From Prorocentrum cordatum (Eukaryota): a stretch of 57,179 nucleotides of DNA. Shown piece after piece: positions 22,017-34,500 of the stretch. Position 1 is the stretch's first letter. Each line of letters starts with the position of its first letter. The stretch spans positions 62,001 through 119,179 of the forward strand of contig CAUYUJ010000042.1 of the NCBI GenBank assembly GCA_963575745.1, written 5' to 3'. Both the position numbers and the translations under genes were made by a program. Under the pieces are notes generated by a model. That model did not search any database and was not told the origin of the DNA. It saw only the letters and a program-made list of their open reading frames with translations.

Positions 22017-25000
22017 TGCGTGCACCGTGCCGCTGTGGCGCCTCCCGAGGCGTCGCCGGTGCTCGACCCGCGCATGGTGCCGTGCACGGTTCGCAGGCCC
22101 TCAGGGCCGAGAGCTGCGCACTGCACCGCGCTGGAGGGGGGCCGGAAGGGAGTCCACACGCGGTGCGGTGTATGGGCGCGGTTCTTGCAGATTCTTGCCC
22201 GCCCCCTCCCCTCCCACCTCCCCATCCCCCCCCCTCCCCCTCCACAATCATCCAACATGGAGTGCTACTCTCCTCTCTTCCCTGACCCTGCCTGGAAGGT
22301 GCTCCGCCCTCCTCGCGCACTGCCTGTTTTCACACTGGATTGGACAACCTTGGCCTTTCCTATGGTTTGGTTTGTGAGCCGATTGTTTTCGGTGTGTCGA
22401 ACTGGTGCCCCCGCTGCAGCGTGGGCCTCATTCTCGGATCGGCGCCCTGCTCCCGTCGTTCAGCATGGCACTCTCGCCTCAGCGCGGGCCACTGTTCTAG
22501 ATCCGAGTCCCTCGACATCGTTGTCGTCCCATCTCATTTCCCCTCCGCCTTCCCCATGGTCCTCTGGCTTCTCCCTTTCCTTCCATTCCAGCTGCTGCGG
22601 CTGGTTCCCCTCCTTCCTCGTGCTCCTCCGTTTTCCCCTGCTCATCCTCTTGCTCATCCACCACTCCTTCCTCTTCCAGTGTACACGGCTTCTTTTGTTC
22701 TCCGATTGTGCATAAAACGATGGGATCCTCCTGGGAGTTTCAGGTCAGCTATGACACGCTACCGCAGATAGAGAAACCACCACCGCAATGGTGAAGGATG
22801 GATGGGAGGGGTAGGCTGTCTTTTTCCTCCTCCTCCTTTTCCTTTCTCTTTCCTTTTCCTTTTTCACTATATCCCCTCCTCCTTCTCCTGTTCCTCCCTC
22901 CTCCTTCTCTTCCTCCCTCCTCCTCATCCTCGACACCGACACGCGACAATGATCCTCCCCCGCCCCTTTTCTTCCTGTCCGATGCGACAAAGGCGGCATA
23001 TTCGGCTCGAAGGACTATGACAATCAGGGTAGCAGACAACCTTACCGTCCGATACCAGAGGTGGACGCGACGTCGGAGTCCGAGGGGTATGATGACCAAG
23101 GACAACTACAACAGCGAGCAGGCAAACAGATAAACAGCTCAGGATCCCTAGCCCCAGGACGGGCCCCACACAGATCAGCTACGCAAAAGTCATCCACAGG
23201 TGTCACGAAGCAGCGAATACCATCACACCGATGCTCATGATGTAGAAACGGAGCTGCAAAACATGTCCCTCATTATGCTCATGCAGATGGAGAACGATCA
23301 GGTGCTGTTGGTCAAATCCAGCGAACAAAGGTAATCATCAACTTACTTGCCGATCCCCGTGCAAAAGAGTTAATCGACATGAGACAAGTTGATTACTTCG
23401 CCGGAGTCCCCAAAATAGATTTCGAGCCAATTGGCAAGGCCATCGTTGCGATTGAAGGAGGAGGGGGAGGAGCTGCAGGAGGAGGAGGAGAAACGGCGTA
23501 CTGACTCTGGGGACCAACAGTGTCGATGGAGATCGACTCGGACGAGGAGGGGTGTCAAGGAAACGATGCCAAGTAGATACCGGAGCTCCAGCCAACGACA
23601 AGGCCCCGAGGGGCCCAGGGAGAAAGGATTCTGAAAGGAACCCCCCTTTACGACAGTTGTTTCGGGTTGAGTAAGGCAGAACTGGCACACCTGTGCGATG
23701 CAGTTCCAGAAGTACACTGGGGGACCACGGGATGTTCCAAGGTGAGCATGAAAGTGGAAGGGAACATCAGTTGTTCGAGTTTTGCAGCGATGGTGGCGTT
23801 CGAAGCATTCTCTGGCGTCACAGCTACGAGGAAGATGCTCTGGTTGACGGTGGACAACCAGAAGCAGAAAACGCGGAATACGAAGGAAACCCTCAAGACC
23901 AGCCATTACGAACTAGCTCAAATCATGTCGACAGCAGGGCGCATGCTGAGGCACCGCCTGATCGAGAGCCCCACTCGCCACATTGACATCTACCGGAGCC
24001 ATCATGAGGACGATCTGCATGAAGATGAACTACGACCGCCCGTGCCAGGACATGAATTCAATGGGACTCTCGGAGATAATCCATCACTCTTCGGGCGAGC
24101 AGGACAACGCCACCAAAGGGCAACGGGGGCACAGGCGGCAGCAAGGGCACAAAACGCAGGAATAACAGTTCAGAGTATTGACATGGAAATTTCAGATACG
24201 TGCAAACGACTGTAGAAAACAGATAAATTACTAACGCTTCGCGCATGAGCTACCAAAGGGAATGCTGCGGCGGAGCCAGGGCTCCGACGGGGAACTTTGG
24301 AACAGGGACAAACAAAACCACGTGGCAGGCGTATGTGGATGTGTGGTGTAGCCGATTTGGCTCAATCGACAGGGGCCTGGATACGCCGCGGACAGACGGG
24401 CTCGCCCTTTGCAGAACATTGCCGGCATAATACTGAACATGGCGACCGCAGATGGCGGGGCGAAGTTCTGCATTGGGGGGAGAAGATCGTTGCTGAGGAG
24501 AAGGAATTGGAGACGCCGCCCTCGACGGCAGACGAGAGCACTGAGAAGAAAGTCCACAGTGCCAGCCTGTCGCGGGAGTGCGACGGCAATGCTGGCGATA
24601 ACATCGCGGGCTGCAGCGAGACGTGGAAAAAAGGTCCAAGGAAGCTTCGCGATCCAGATCAGCCACCCGAGGTGTCGGTGCCAGCAGCTCTGGCTGAGCA
24701 TCGCGAGTGCCCAGGCCGCGTCCATTTCAAGCACCAGAGACGCCTGTGCGAAGCAGAGAGCTTGCTCTTGCAGGGGGTCCATCTGAATGCCGTTGAAGAT
24801 GTCGTCGCGGAGCTATCCAGGTTCACAAGGCTCCTCAACGATTGGCTGGGCGAGCGCAAGATGGCGCAGGCGCCGATGGAGATGGGCGACCCCTCCAACC
24901 CGCCGATGGATACATCAAGGGGCTCAAGATGCACGGTGACGAGGACAAGAAGTCAGAGCGAAAGATGGACGACCTGTCTGCTTGGGCTCACGATGGGCGG

Positions 25001-26189
25001 ATGTCGACAAATGAGAGCAACTGGGTCGAGTGCGGCGCGCAGCTCGCAGGCCAGCGCCAGGGCGCCGCTGCGCCGCCGGCCGACCTGCGCCCGCTGGGAG
25101 AGGCCAGAGTGGAAGGCAGATGGCCGGCGACCTCGGCCATCCCGATGGCCGGGGCAAGTCAGAGCAAGAAGGAGCCCGTGCCATTCCAGGTTGCACGAGG
25201 TTCCCCCGCCGAAGAAGAGCGATCGGGCCGGGGTCTTCCGTCGAGCGCGGGGGAGTGGGCACGGGGGAGCAACGGCGCAAACAGTCGACGCAGAGAGAGA
25301 GAGAGAGTATTTATTATATATAGAGAGAGATATGTATGAGTATAAAAAAGAGAGCCGCGGAACCCGACGGCGACGAAAACGACGCTTGCGCGGCGTTTCT
25401 GGGCCAGCGGACAGATGGCGCCACCGGGGGCCTGCGCTGGATGGCCTCCAGAGGACACCCCGCCGACTCGAGCGCGGAGGCAACAAGCGCCTCGAGACAT
25501 GGCCCTGGCAGAGATTTCTCGCGGCCCCCTCGTGCACCTCGCTTCTTCTTCCCTCGCCTTGTTCCTTTGCGCCCTGCGTTGCCTTGGCGCTGCCTCCCAG
25601 TCGCGCCCCGGCTGCCTGCTGTCTGCCCCCCGCCCCCCCCCCCCCCCATTTTTCCCCCGCGCTCCTTTTCAGCCCTTGGCAGGCCCCCCCCCCTTCACTT
25701 CGTGGCTTCTCCCCGCAGTGTCTCCCCCCAACGCGCCGCTGCCGCTGCGCCGCCCCCCCTTTCCCTTGGCCGGGGGGACGGGCGCTTGCCGCGAGGGGCG
25801 GCGGGGGGGGGGGGGGAAGAGGGGGGGGCGAGTGCCTTCGCGCGCGCCTTCCCCCGCCGCCGCCCGACGAGCTGAACTTCGAGGCAGCGCCCCCCCCTCT
25901 CCAGGGATCGTCGTTCGTCGCCCCCCCAGCTTGGATGGGGCCCCCTCGCCTTCAGTGGCGGCCAGGCCCCCTCCGCCCTCTCCTCGCGCCGTTTTGAGCG
26001 CAGTTCCAAGCGGGCCTCTTGCAGCGGGCCGCCACCCGCGGCTCTTCCCTTCATGTGGGCCCTGGGGGCCGGCCCGGGCAGGCAGCTGCAAGGGCGGGGC
26101 CCGCGCCCATTTGCTCGCAGAGGCACCGCGCATTTCGCGGCGCTCTGCATCGGGGCCGCCGTTCGGACTCGCCTCCAACGCGATCGTCT

Positions 26190-28570
26190 TCACCCTCCTC
26201 CTCCTCCTCCTCCTCCTCATCCTCCTCCTTCGTTCCTCCTCCTCCTCCTCCTCGCCCCCCTCTCTTCTTCTTCCTTCTCCTTCTCCTCCTCCTCCTCATC
26301 CTCCTCCTCTTCCTCCTCTTCTTCCTCCTCCTCCTTCTCCTCCACCTCCACCCCACCCCCGAGACGTTCACATTCACCGCGTTTTATTTTCAGCTCTATC
26401 GGCTAGCTCACCAAGAGAGCAAAGCCCGCGCCATCCCGTTTTGTGACTATGATGCTCGCTCGCTCGCTCGCGCGGCACTGCAAGCTGTCGAAATGCCCTT
26501 CGGTGATCAGCGCCGAAGGTGGCCCCGCCCTCAGCGGCGGTAGGTGGGGAAGAGACACGCGGCCCCCCAAACGCTCCAACCTCCTTCTCCTCCACCTCCT
26601 CCTCGTCTTCCGCCTCCTCCTCCTCCTCCTCCCCCTCCTCCTCCTCCTCCTCCTCCTCCTCCTCCTCCTCCTCCTCCTCCCTCCTCCTCCTCCTCCTCCT
26701 CCTCCTCCTCCTCCTCCTCCTCCTCCTCCTCGTCTTCCGCCTCCTCTTCCTCCTCCTCCTCCTCCTCCTCCTCCTCCTGATCCTCCTCCTCCTCCTCCTC
26801 CTCCTCCTCCTCTCCTCCTCATCCTCCTCCTCCTCCTCCTCCTCCTCCTCCTCCTCCTCCTCCTTCCCCCCTCCTCCTCCTCCTCCTCCTCCTCTTCCTC
26901 CTCCTCCTCTTCTCCTCCTCCTCCTCCTCCTCCTCTTTCCTGATCCTCCTCCCCTCTTTTTCCTCCTCCTCCTCCTCCTCCTCCTCTCTTTCCTCCTCCT
27001 CCTCTCCTCCTCCTCCTCCTCCTCCTCCTCCTCCTCCTCCTCCTCCTCCTCCTTTCCTCCCCTCCTCCTCCTCCTCCTCCTTTTTCTCCTTTTCCTCCTC
27101 TCTCCTCCTCCTCCTCCTCCTCCTCCTCCTCCCCTTCCTTCTCCTCCTCTTCCTCCCTCCTCCTCCTCCTCCTCCTCCTTCTCCCAGTCTTCCTCCTCCT
27201 CCTCCTCCTCCTCCTCCTCCTCCTCCTCCTCCTCCTCCTCCTCCTCCTCCTCCTCCTCCTCCTCCTCCTCCTCCTCCTCTTCCTCGCATTCCTCCTCCTC
27301 CTCCTCTTCCTCCTCCTCCTCGCCTCCTCCGCCTCCTCCTCCTCCTCCTCCTCCTCCTTCTCCTCCCTCTCCTCCTCCTCCTCCTCCTCCTGCTCCTCCT
27401 CCTCCTCCTCCTCCTCCTCCTCCTCCTCCTCCTCCTCCTCCTCTCCCACTCTCCCTTCCTCTCCTTCTCCTCCTCCTCCTCCTCCTCCTCCTCCTCCTCC
27501 TCCTCCTCCTCCTCCTCCTCCTCGTCCTCCTCCCCCTCCTCCTCCTCCTCCTCCTCCTCCTCCTCCTCCTCCTCCTCCTCCTCCTTCCCCATCCGCAGGG
27601 GCACGGTGTCGTATCCTGGCACCGGCGCTACCTCAAGCGGAGGGCATACTGTCAGGGTTCTGGCCCAAGTCGGCGGAGACAAGAAGGCGGCCGTTGCTTT
27701 TCGTGGTGGTGGGTTCGACTCCCTCTCATCACGTTTTTTTCATGTCAGGTGTGGCACGTGTTTGCCCTGCTGGGTCTGCGAAGCCGGCCCGCAGGATCAG
27801 GGTCGGCGCAGCGGGGTCCGCGGTATCAGGACCTGTGTCGTCTCCAGAGGCGTGGATGCGGTTCCTCGCAGCACCACCAGAGCGACACACCGCCTCAAGG
27901 AAGGCGGCCGCGAGTGGGCCAGGCGTCTTGCCCTTGTCCCGTTCCGTCGCACTTTTTCGCCTAAGTGCTCCCTTCGGGGATGCGACGTTCGTTGTCGCTT
28001 ATGCACAGCTCCCACAGCTCCTCCTCCTCCTCCTCGCATTCCTCCTCCTCCTCCTCCTCCTCCTCCTCCTCCTCTCCTCCTCCTCTCCTCCTCCTCCTCC
28101 TCCTCCTCCTCCTCCACCCTCCTCCTCCTCCCTCCTCCTCCTCCTCCTCCTCCTCCTCCTCCCCTCCTCCTCCTCCTCCTCCTCCTCCTCCTCCCTCCTC
28201 CTCCTCCTCTCCTCCTCCTCCCTCCTCCTCTCTCCCTCCTCCTCCTCCTCCTCCTCCTCCTCCTCCTCTTCCTCATCCTCCTCCCCCCTCCTTCCTCCTC
28301 TCCTCCTCCTCCCTCCCCCTCTTCTTCCTCCTCCTCCTCCTCCTCCTCCTCTCCTCCTCTTCCTCCTCCTCCTCCTCCTCCTCCTCCTGCCCTCCTCCTC
28401 CCCCTCCTCCTCCTCCTCCTGCTCCTCCTCCTCCTCCTCCTCCTCCTCCTCCTCCTCCTCCTCCTCCTCCTCTCCTCCTCCTCCTCCTCCTCCTCCTCCC
28501 TCCTCCTCCTCCTCCTCCTCCTCCTCCTCCTCCTCCTCCTCCTCCTCCTCCTCCTCCTCCTCCTCCTCTT
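26190..28570. repeat. Very long compound (CCT)n microsatellite region
   Basis: Visible directly; two short complex-sequence interruptions. Confidence 0.92.
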
Positions 28571-30150
28571 CGTTCTACCATGGGGGCCAGGAGGTTGTTC
28601 GACTGCGTTGGAAAGTTTGTCCCTTTCCTTTCTGTTCCAGCGCGATCTCGAAGAACATCGTCGCCGTCGCGCCGGCGGTGATATTTGGGCGCCGCGGCGC
28701 CAGCCCCACGCCCCCCCTCTCGGGTGTTCGAGCTCGTTTCGACGCGGCGCCCCCTCTTGTCTCGCTTTCCTCCGGCGCCCCCAAGTGTCTTGCTTTCCTC
28801 CCCCTCCCATTCCGCCCCCTGTCCGCTCGCGCGACGCGCGCGGCGCGAAGTGGCCGTTTCTGGCGTTCGTCGATTGATCATCCAGTCTTGTTCGCCGAGG
28901 TAAGTGCGCAGTTGCCTGTTCGCCCAGAGGGGATGGCGACCCCCGCTCCGCGCCCGCCCCCCCCCCCGCCCCCCCCCCACCCGGGGTCCGAGCGTTTTGA
29001 ATTCGCAGCCGAGCGCATCTCAATAATGCGTGACGGTGCATGGGTGGATTCGGCCCTCGAGGAGGGATGTCTCGCCTCATTTGTGCGCTGTGCTCGCGCG
29101 CCCGCGCGGCTCTCCGCGAGAGTGCGCGCGGTGGCGCCCGGTCTGCGCGCCCGGGGGAGTCCTCGGCGCCGGATGGGCCCAGCGCCGCCGTGCGCGCCTC
29201 GCTCTCGCGCGGTCTTCGGCGCTGTGCTTGCGCGTCGAGCGGTGGGCTGCCGCGTCCGCGCGCGCGTCTTCTCCACGCGCACCGCGCCGGGGCCGCCGCG
29301 CGCGCGGCGGCCTCCGCCCACCGCCGACCTGGACAGGGGGGCCCTCGCCGCTCCCCTGCGCCCGAAGACCCGACCGAGCTTCGGGTTGGGGGGCGCGCGG
29401 GTTCCATCTGCGTTTTCTCGACGCTCCCCGATCCCCCCCCCCGCCACCCGCCAGCCTGGAGCATATCCCTATCCCTATGCTGGGCATCTCCTCATCACGA
29501 TGCCAATCTTAGGGCTTCCCTTATGTTTTGAGGGCGGATCCCTGAGATTGTCATCGCCTTGTGGCGTGCCAATCTTAGGGATGGGGATAAGTTCGAGGGT
29601 GGTAACCCAGTGGAAATCGAGGGTAAATTTTGGCCTCCGGCCCCTCGCGCGCCGAGTGCTTCCACGCAGCGCGGGCCAGGGCCGCCGCTCGCCCCCACGC
29701 GCGGCGCTCGCGGCATGTTCCCCGCGCAGCGCCGGCCGGGGCCGCGCGGCCCGCGCGCCGCGTCCTGCCATTCGAGGGGGCGGCAAAGAGGGGGGTGATG
29801 ACTAGGGGGGGGTGGATATCATGGCGGCGGCCATGATATTTCCCTAGATATCATGGCGCCTCTTCTTATTTCATTACGTCCCTGGCCCCCCCGCTGGGCC
29901 GCGCACGTGCCGCCGGTCATGATTTGCACCCCCCCCTCTTGGACACCCCCCTCTTGGCCGCTCCCGACATTCGAGGGCGGCGCGCTTTTCCATGTCGATC
30001 GGGCCAGAGCCGCAGCGCGCGCTTCAAGCTGGGCCAATTCGTCGCGCGGAAGACAGGAACGCAGTAAGTCTCCCACCCGTCCCCTCTCGCCTCTCCCGTC
30101 GCTGCGTTTCTCCGCGCCAAATGGGTTGGGGCCGACGTGCGCGTGGTGGT

Positions 30151-30186
<36 letters not shown>

Positions 30187-30299
30187 ATAAAATAATAATA
30201 TATATATATATATATTCATATACCCATACCCTATACGACCACCCTTCGGGTGATAAGAAGGTTCTGAGGGGGGGGAGAGGGGGGGAACCAACATCTGAT

Positions 30300-31255
30300 G
30301 CAATCGATTTCGTTATCGATCTCATTCAACGGGACACCACGGGACACCACGGAACATTTGTGGATCTCACTATCGATATTTTTATCGATTTCATGTATTG
30401 GAACACCACGGGACACCGCGAGACACCTCTCGATTACACTATCGGTTTCACTATCGATCGCACTATCGATCTCACTCAACGGGACACCATAGGACACCAC
30501 GGGACACGGCGGGACACCACATCGATCTCACTATCGATCTCACTATCGATATCACTCAACTGTACACCACGGGACACCTGTCGATCTCACGATCGATCTC
30601 ACCATCGATCTCACTGTTTGGGACACCATGGGACACCACGGGGCACCACATCGAGCTCAGTATTGATCTCACAATCGATCTCACTTTCGATCTCACTCAA
30701 CGGGACACCACGGGACACCACGGGACACCTGTCGATCTCACTATCGATATCACTATCGATTTCACTTTTCGGGACACCGCGGGACACGTCGGGGCACCAC
30801 ATCGATCTCAGTATCGATCGTATTATCGATATCACTATCGATCTCACTATCGATCTCACTGAACGGGACACCACGGGACATCGCGGGACACCGCGAGCCA
30901 CCGCCGGACGGACGGACGGACGGGCGGGAGGGGGAAAATCATTTGTCTTGATTTCGCCCTAGCAGCGGCGGACACCACGGGACACCACGGGACACCGCGG
31001 AACCGCGAGCAACCGCCGGACGGACGGATGGACGGGCGGGAGGGGGAAAATCATGTGCCTTGCCTTCGCCCTAGCAACGGCGGATATCACGGGACACCAC
31101 GGGACACCGCGGAACACCGCGAGCAACCGCCGGACGGACGGACGGACGGGCAGGAGGTGGAAAATCATGTGTCTTGACTTCGCCCTAGCAGCGGCGGACA
31201 CCACGGGACACCACGGGACACCGCGGGACACCGCGGGACACCGCCCAGCGGGCGG
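30300..31255. repeat. Composite minisatellite of ATCGATCTCACT and CGGGACACCA units
   Basis: Alternating blocks of 12-mers and 10-mers, then ggacggacgg-containing units. Confidence 0.88.
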
Positions 31256-31539
31256 GAGGGGGAGAATCATTTGTTTTGATTTTTCCTTGGCAGCGGCGGG
31301 TTCATTCCTCTCGCGCGCCCACGCAGCTTCGCATCGCCCGCACGCGCGACACGAACGACACGACACGAACGACAAGAAACGATTTCGCCAGCAACCCCTC
31401 CCGCGCGCCAGACAGGCCGAAGTCGCCGCGCGCGCGGCGCCGTTCGCTCGCGACCCTCGCGCCGAGCGCCTCCGCGCGGGACCCCCCAGAGCCGCCGCCC
31501 GCGCGGTGGTTCCCGTTCTTCCCGAATTGTAATTTTCCA

Positions 31540-34500
31540 CGCGACACGGGCCAGTGCGCGTGGAGATCTGTGCGTTGTCCGCAATGGAAAGCCGCCCTGT
31601 TGGCTAGCAAACTAGAGCGGACCCTCAACGGTGACCGCGCGGATGTCGAACGACCCGTCCGATTTGTCAAGCACGGGCCATGCTCAGCTCGCAGACCGCA
31701 CCCGCGCGCCCGCGTGGAGAGTGTCCCATTGTCCACGCTAGAGAAGTCGGCTGCGAGTCTATGGCGGCTCCTCAGCAGTGGACAGACATTCTATGGGTGG
31801 CCCGCTTGACCTGTCGAACGTGGGCAGAAGGGAACTTCCCGCGCGCGCGTGCCTGCGCGGAGGGTTGTCCTGCGTCGTCTTGGTGGCCTGGGAGCCCGGG
31901 CGACTGGCCGGCGGTGACTCGGCAGATGTCGGTTGACCTGCCTATCTCGTCCTGCGCGGGCAACGCCCAGTTTTTCACGTGCGCGCGCGCTCGCGCAGAA
32001 AGTTTTACAAGTGCTGGCGCGTTGGCCTGGGGGTTGCAGTGCGCCCTTAACCGAGCAGATTTCCGGTGAAAGCGAGGGTGGCGCAGAGCTCCCCGCGAGC
32101 TTGCGCGCGTTACCGCGCGGGTTGTTCTGCGCGGTCCCTGCTGGGGCGTGCTTCTGAACGAATGAGTGCTAGAGTGAAACCTCAACAGTGGTCGAGCAGC
32201 TTTTGCTTGACCAGCCCAGGTTGCCTGCAGAATGTTCCACGCGCGCGAGCGCGCGCCCGCGCGGAGCGCGCGCCCGCGCGGAGCGCGCGCCCGCGCGGAG
32301 CGCGCTGCGCGGCATCTGTAAGAAAGTGGGTATGGTGGCTTGGGCGCTACGGCGAAAGACTTTGTAGCGCGAGCGACGCAGAAGTCTCCGCGCCCGCGAG
32401 AGTGCTTTCGTGGAGCGTTCTGTCCAGTCCACCATGGAAAAGTCGCCGCGCTGGCCGGGGAGCAAGCGCGAGCCCTGAGAGGCGATTGCCGAGCGGATCT
32501 CGAGTGACCCGCCCGACCTGCCCAGCGCGAACAATGCGTGAGACTCCACGCGCGCGCGCGCCCGCGCGGCGAGCCCCGCGCTGCTGGCGCTAGGGCGTCG
32601 ACCTGTTGGCGGCCGGCGCGGAAACCGATGCCAATGTGGCACTCTGGCCCGGTGGATCTCGGGCGGCCCGCCCGACGCGTCTAGCGCGGGCGATGCGTGG
32701 CCCCCCGCCCCCGCGTGCCCTCGCGAGGAGTTCGGCGTTGCATTCGTGGGCGGGGTCGCCCTGTTGGCTTGGGCTGCGCTGCGAACCCGCGGCGGTGACC
32801 GATCGGGCGTCGGGCGGCCCACCAGGCTTGCCCAGCGCGGGCGACGCAGGATTCCCTCCGCGGGCGCGCTTGCGCGGAGTTCAATGTCGCTTTAATTGGA
32901 CATGCCATTTTGCGGGGTTCGGGAACTAAAGCGGCACCATCGCGGCTGCCGAGCGGGCGTCGGCCGACCCGCCCGACCTGCCCAGCGCCGGCGAGACAGG
33001 GTCCATGAGGCCCGCGCGCGCCCGCGCTGGGAATTTCGTCTCCCTCTTCATTGAACGGTCCTTGCTTGCTTGGAAATTCAAAATGAGGCTGAAACGATGG
33101 CCCGCCAGTCTTGCCCGGCGTAGAAAATGCAGATTTCGCAGCGCGTGCGCCCGCGTGGAGAGCTTGTCATTGTCCTGAATAGGGAACAGCAGAGTCGCCC
33201 TGTCGGCCAGAGAGCCCGATGAACCCTGAACGGGGGCAGAGCAGATTTCGGATGACCCGCCCGACTTGCCCTTTACAGGCGACGCCGGCCCCCCCCCCCG
33301 CGCGACCGCGCGGCGAGCACCGCGTTGCCGAGAATGGAAAAGTTGCCCTGCCTGCCGAGCAACGGCAGCGAACCCGGGGCGGCGACCGAGCGGGCGCCCG
33401 GTGGCCCGCCCGCCTTGTCATGCGCGGGCAACGCCGAAACCTGCGCGCGCGCCCGCGCGGAGTTGCGCGTCGTCTACAGCGTGAGATCGGCCTTGGTAGC
33501 CAAGGAACTAAAACGAATACGTTGCGGCTGCCCAGCGGATTTCCGGCGACCTGCCTGACTTGTCCAGCGCGGGCAACGCAGATGGAAGGCCTTGCGTCGT
33601 CCGCAGTAGTAGCGCCTGCTTGACCGCACGGCGATCAATGTGGACCTGCGATGGCGGGCGAGTGGGTTCCGAGCGGCTTGCCCGGCAAGACTAGCGCGGA
33701 GAACGTAGCCCTCCTCGCGCGCGCTCGCAATCGCGCAAGGGGCTTCTGCATTGATCGCGTTAGGTGCGCCAGAGCAGTCGCCCTGACTGTCTCGACGCGA
33801 TAGCGATCCCTGACGGCGGTCGCCCCGATTTCGAGAGGCCCGCCCATGTAATCGAGCGTGAGCACATGGACCTTTCCGCTTGCCCGCGTGCGCCCGCGTG
33901 GATGGCTCTGCGTTGTCCGAAATTGGAAGATCGCCCTGTTGGCCAGGAGACTCGTTTCTCCGCGGTGGCCGCGCGGACCTCGGGTGGCCCACCCACTTCG
34001 CTCGCGCGAACAACAGAGGGCCCCTCCCCGCGCGCGCGCGAACTCGCGCGCAGATTTCTGCGACGCGAACAATGATCAAGTTGCTCTGTTGGCGCGGGAG
34101 CGAGCGCGATCTTTCATCGGTTGCCGAGCGGGTTTCGGGCGACCCGCCCGATTCACCGAGCGTGGAGAATGGAGAATCATCCATGTTCGCGCGCGGCCTA
34201 CGCAAGAACAGACGCTCTGCTGACCTGGGCACTAAGGTGGACCCTTAATTGTGGCCGAGCGGATTTCGGATGCCCAACCAAGCTTGTCTAGTGCGAGCGA
34301 CGCTGAATCACCCACGCGCGCGCGTGCCCGCGCGGTGGCTTCTGCGCAGTCCATGATTGAAAAAGACCCCGTTGGCTTGGGCGCGGAATTGAACCTTGAT
34401 GCGGTGGCCCTTCGGGCTCCGGGTGACCCGCGCGACTTGTTTAGCGCGGGCAACGCAGAATTCTCCACGCGCGTGTGCGTGCCCGAGCGGAGAGCTTCGC

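Noticed and set aside
22950..24850. Protein-like, stop-ridden plus-strand region including IAGCSETW (possible decayed LINE ORF1/APE)
   Set aside because: Too degenerate to assign without a search.
24297..25997. 566-aa ORF
   Set aside because: Runs across a microsatellite and GC-rich low-complexity sequence with no coherent domain.
26403..29805. Long ORFs of up to 703 aa
   Set aside because: Products of (CCT)n tracts and stop-poor GC-rich DNA.
30300..31255. CRISPR-like or coding interpretation of the minisatellite
   Set aside because: No unique spacers; the ORFs simply reflect the repeat.
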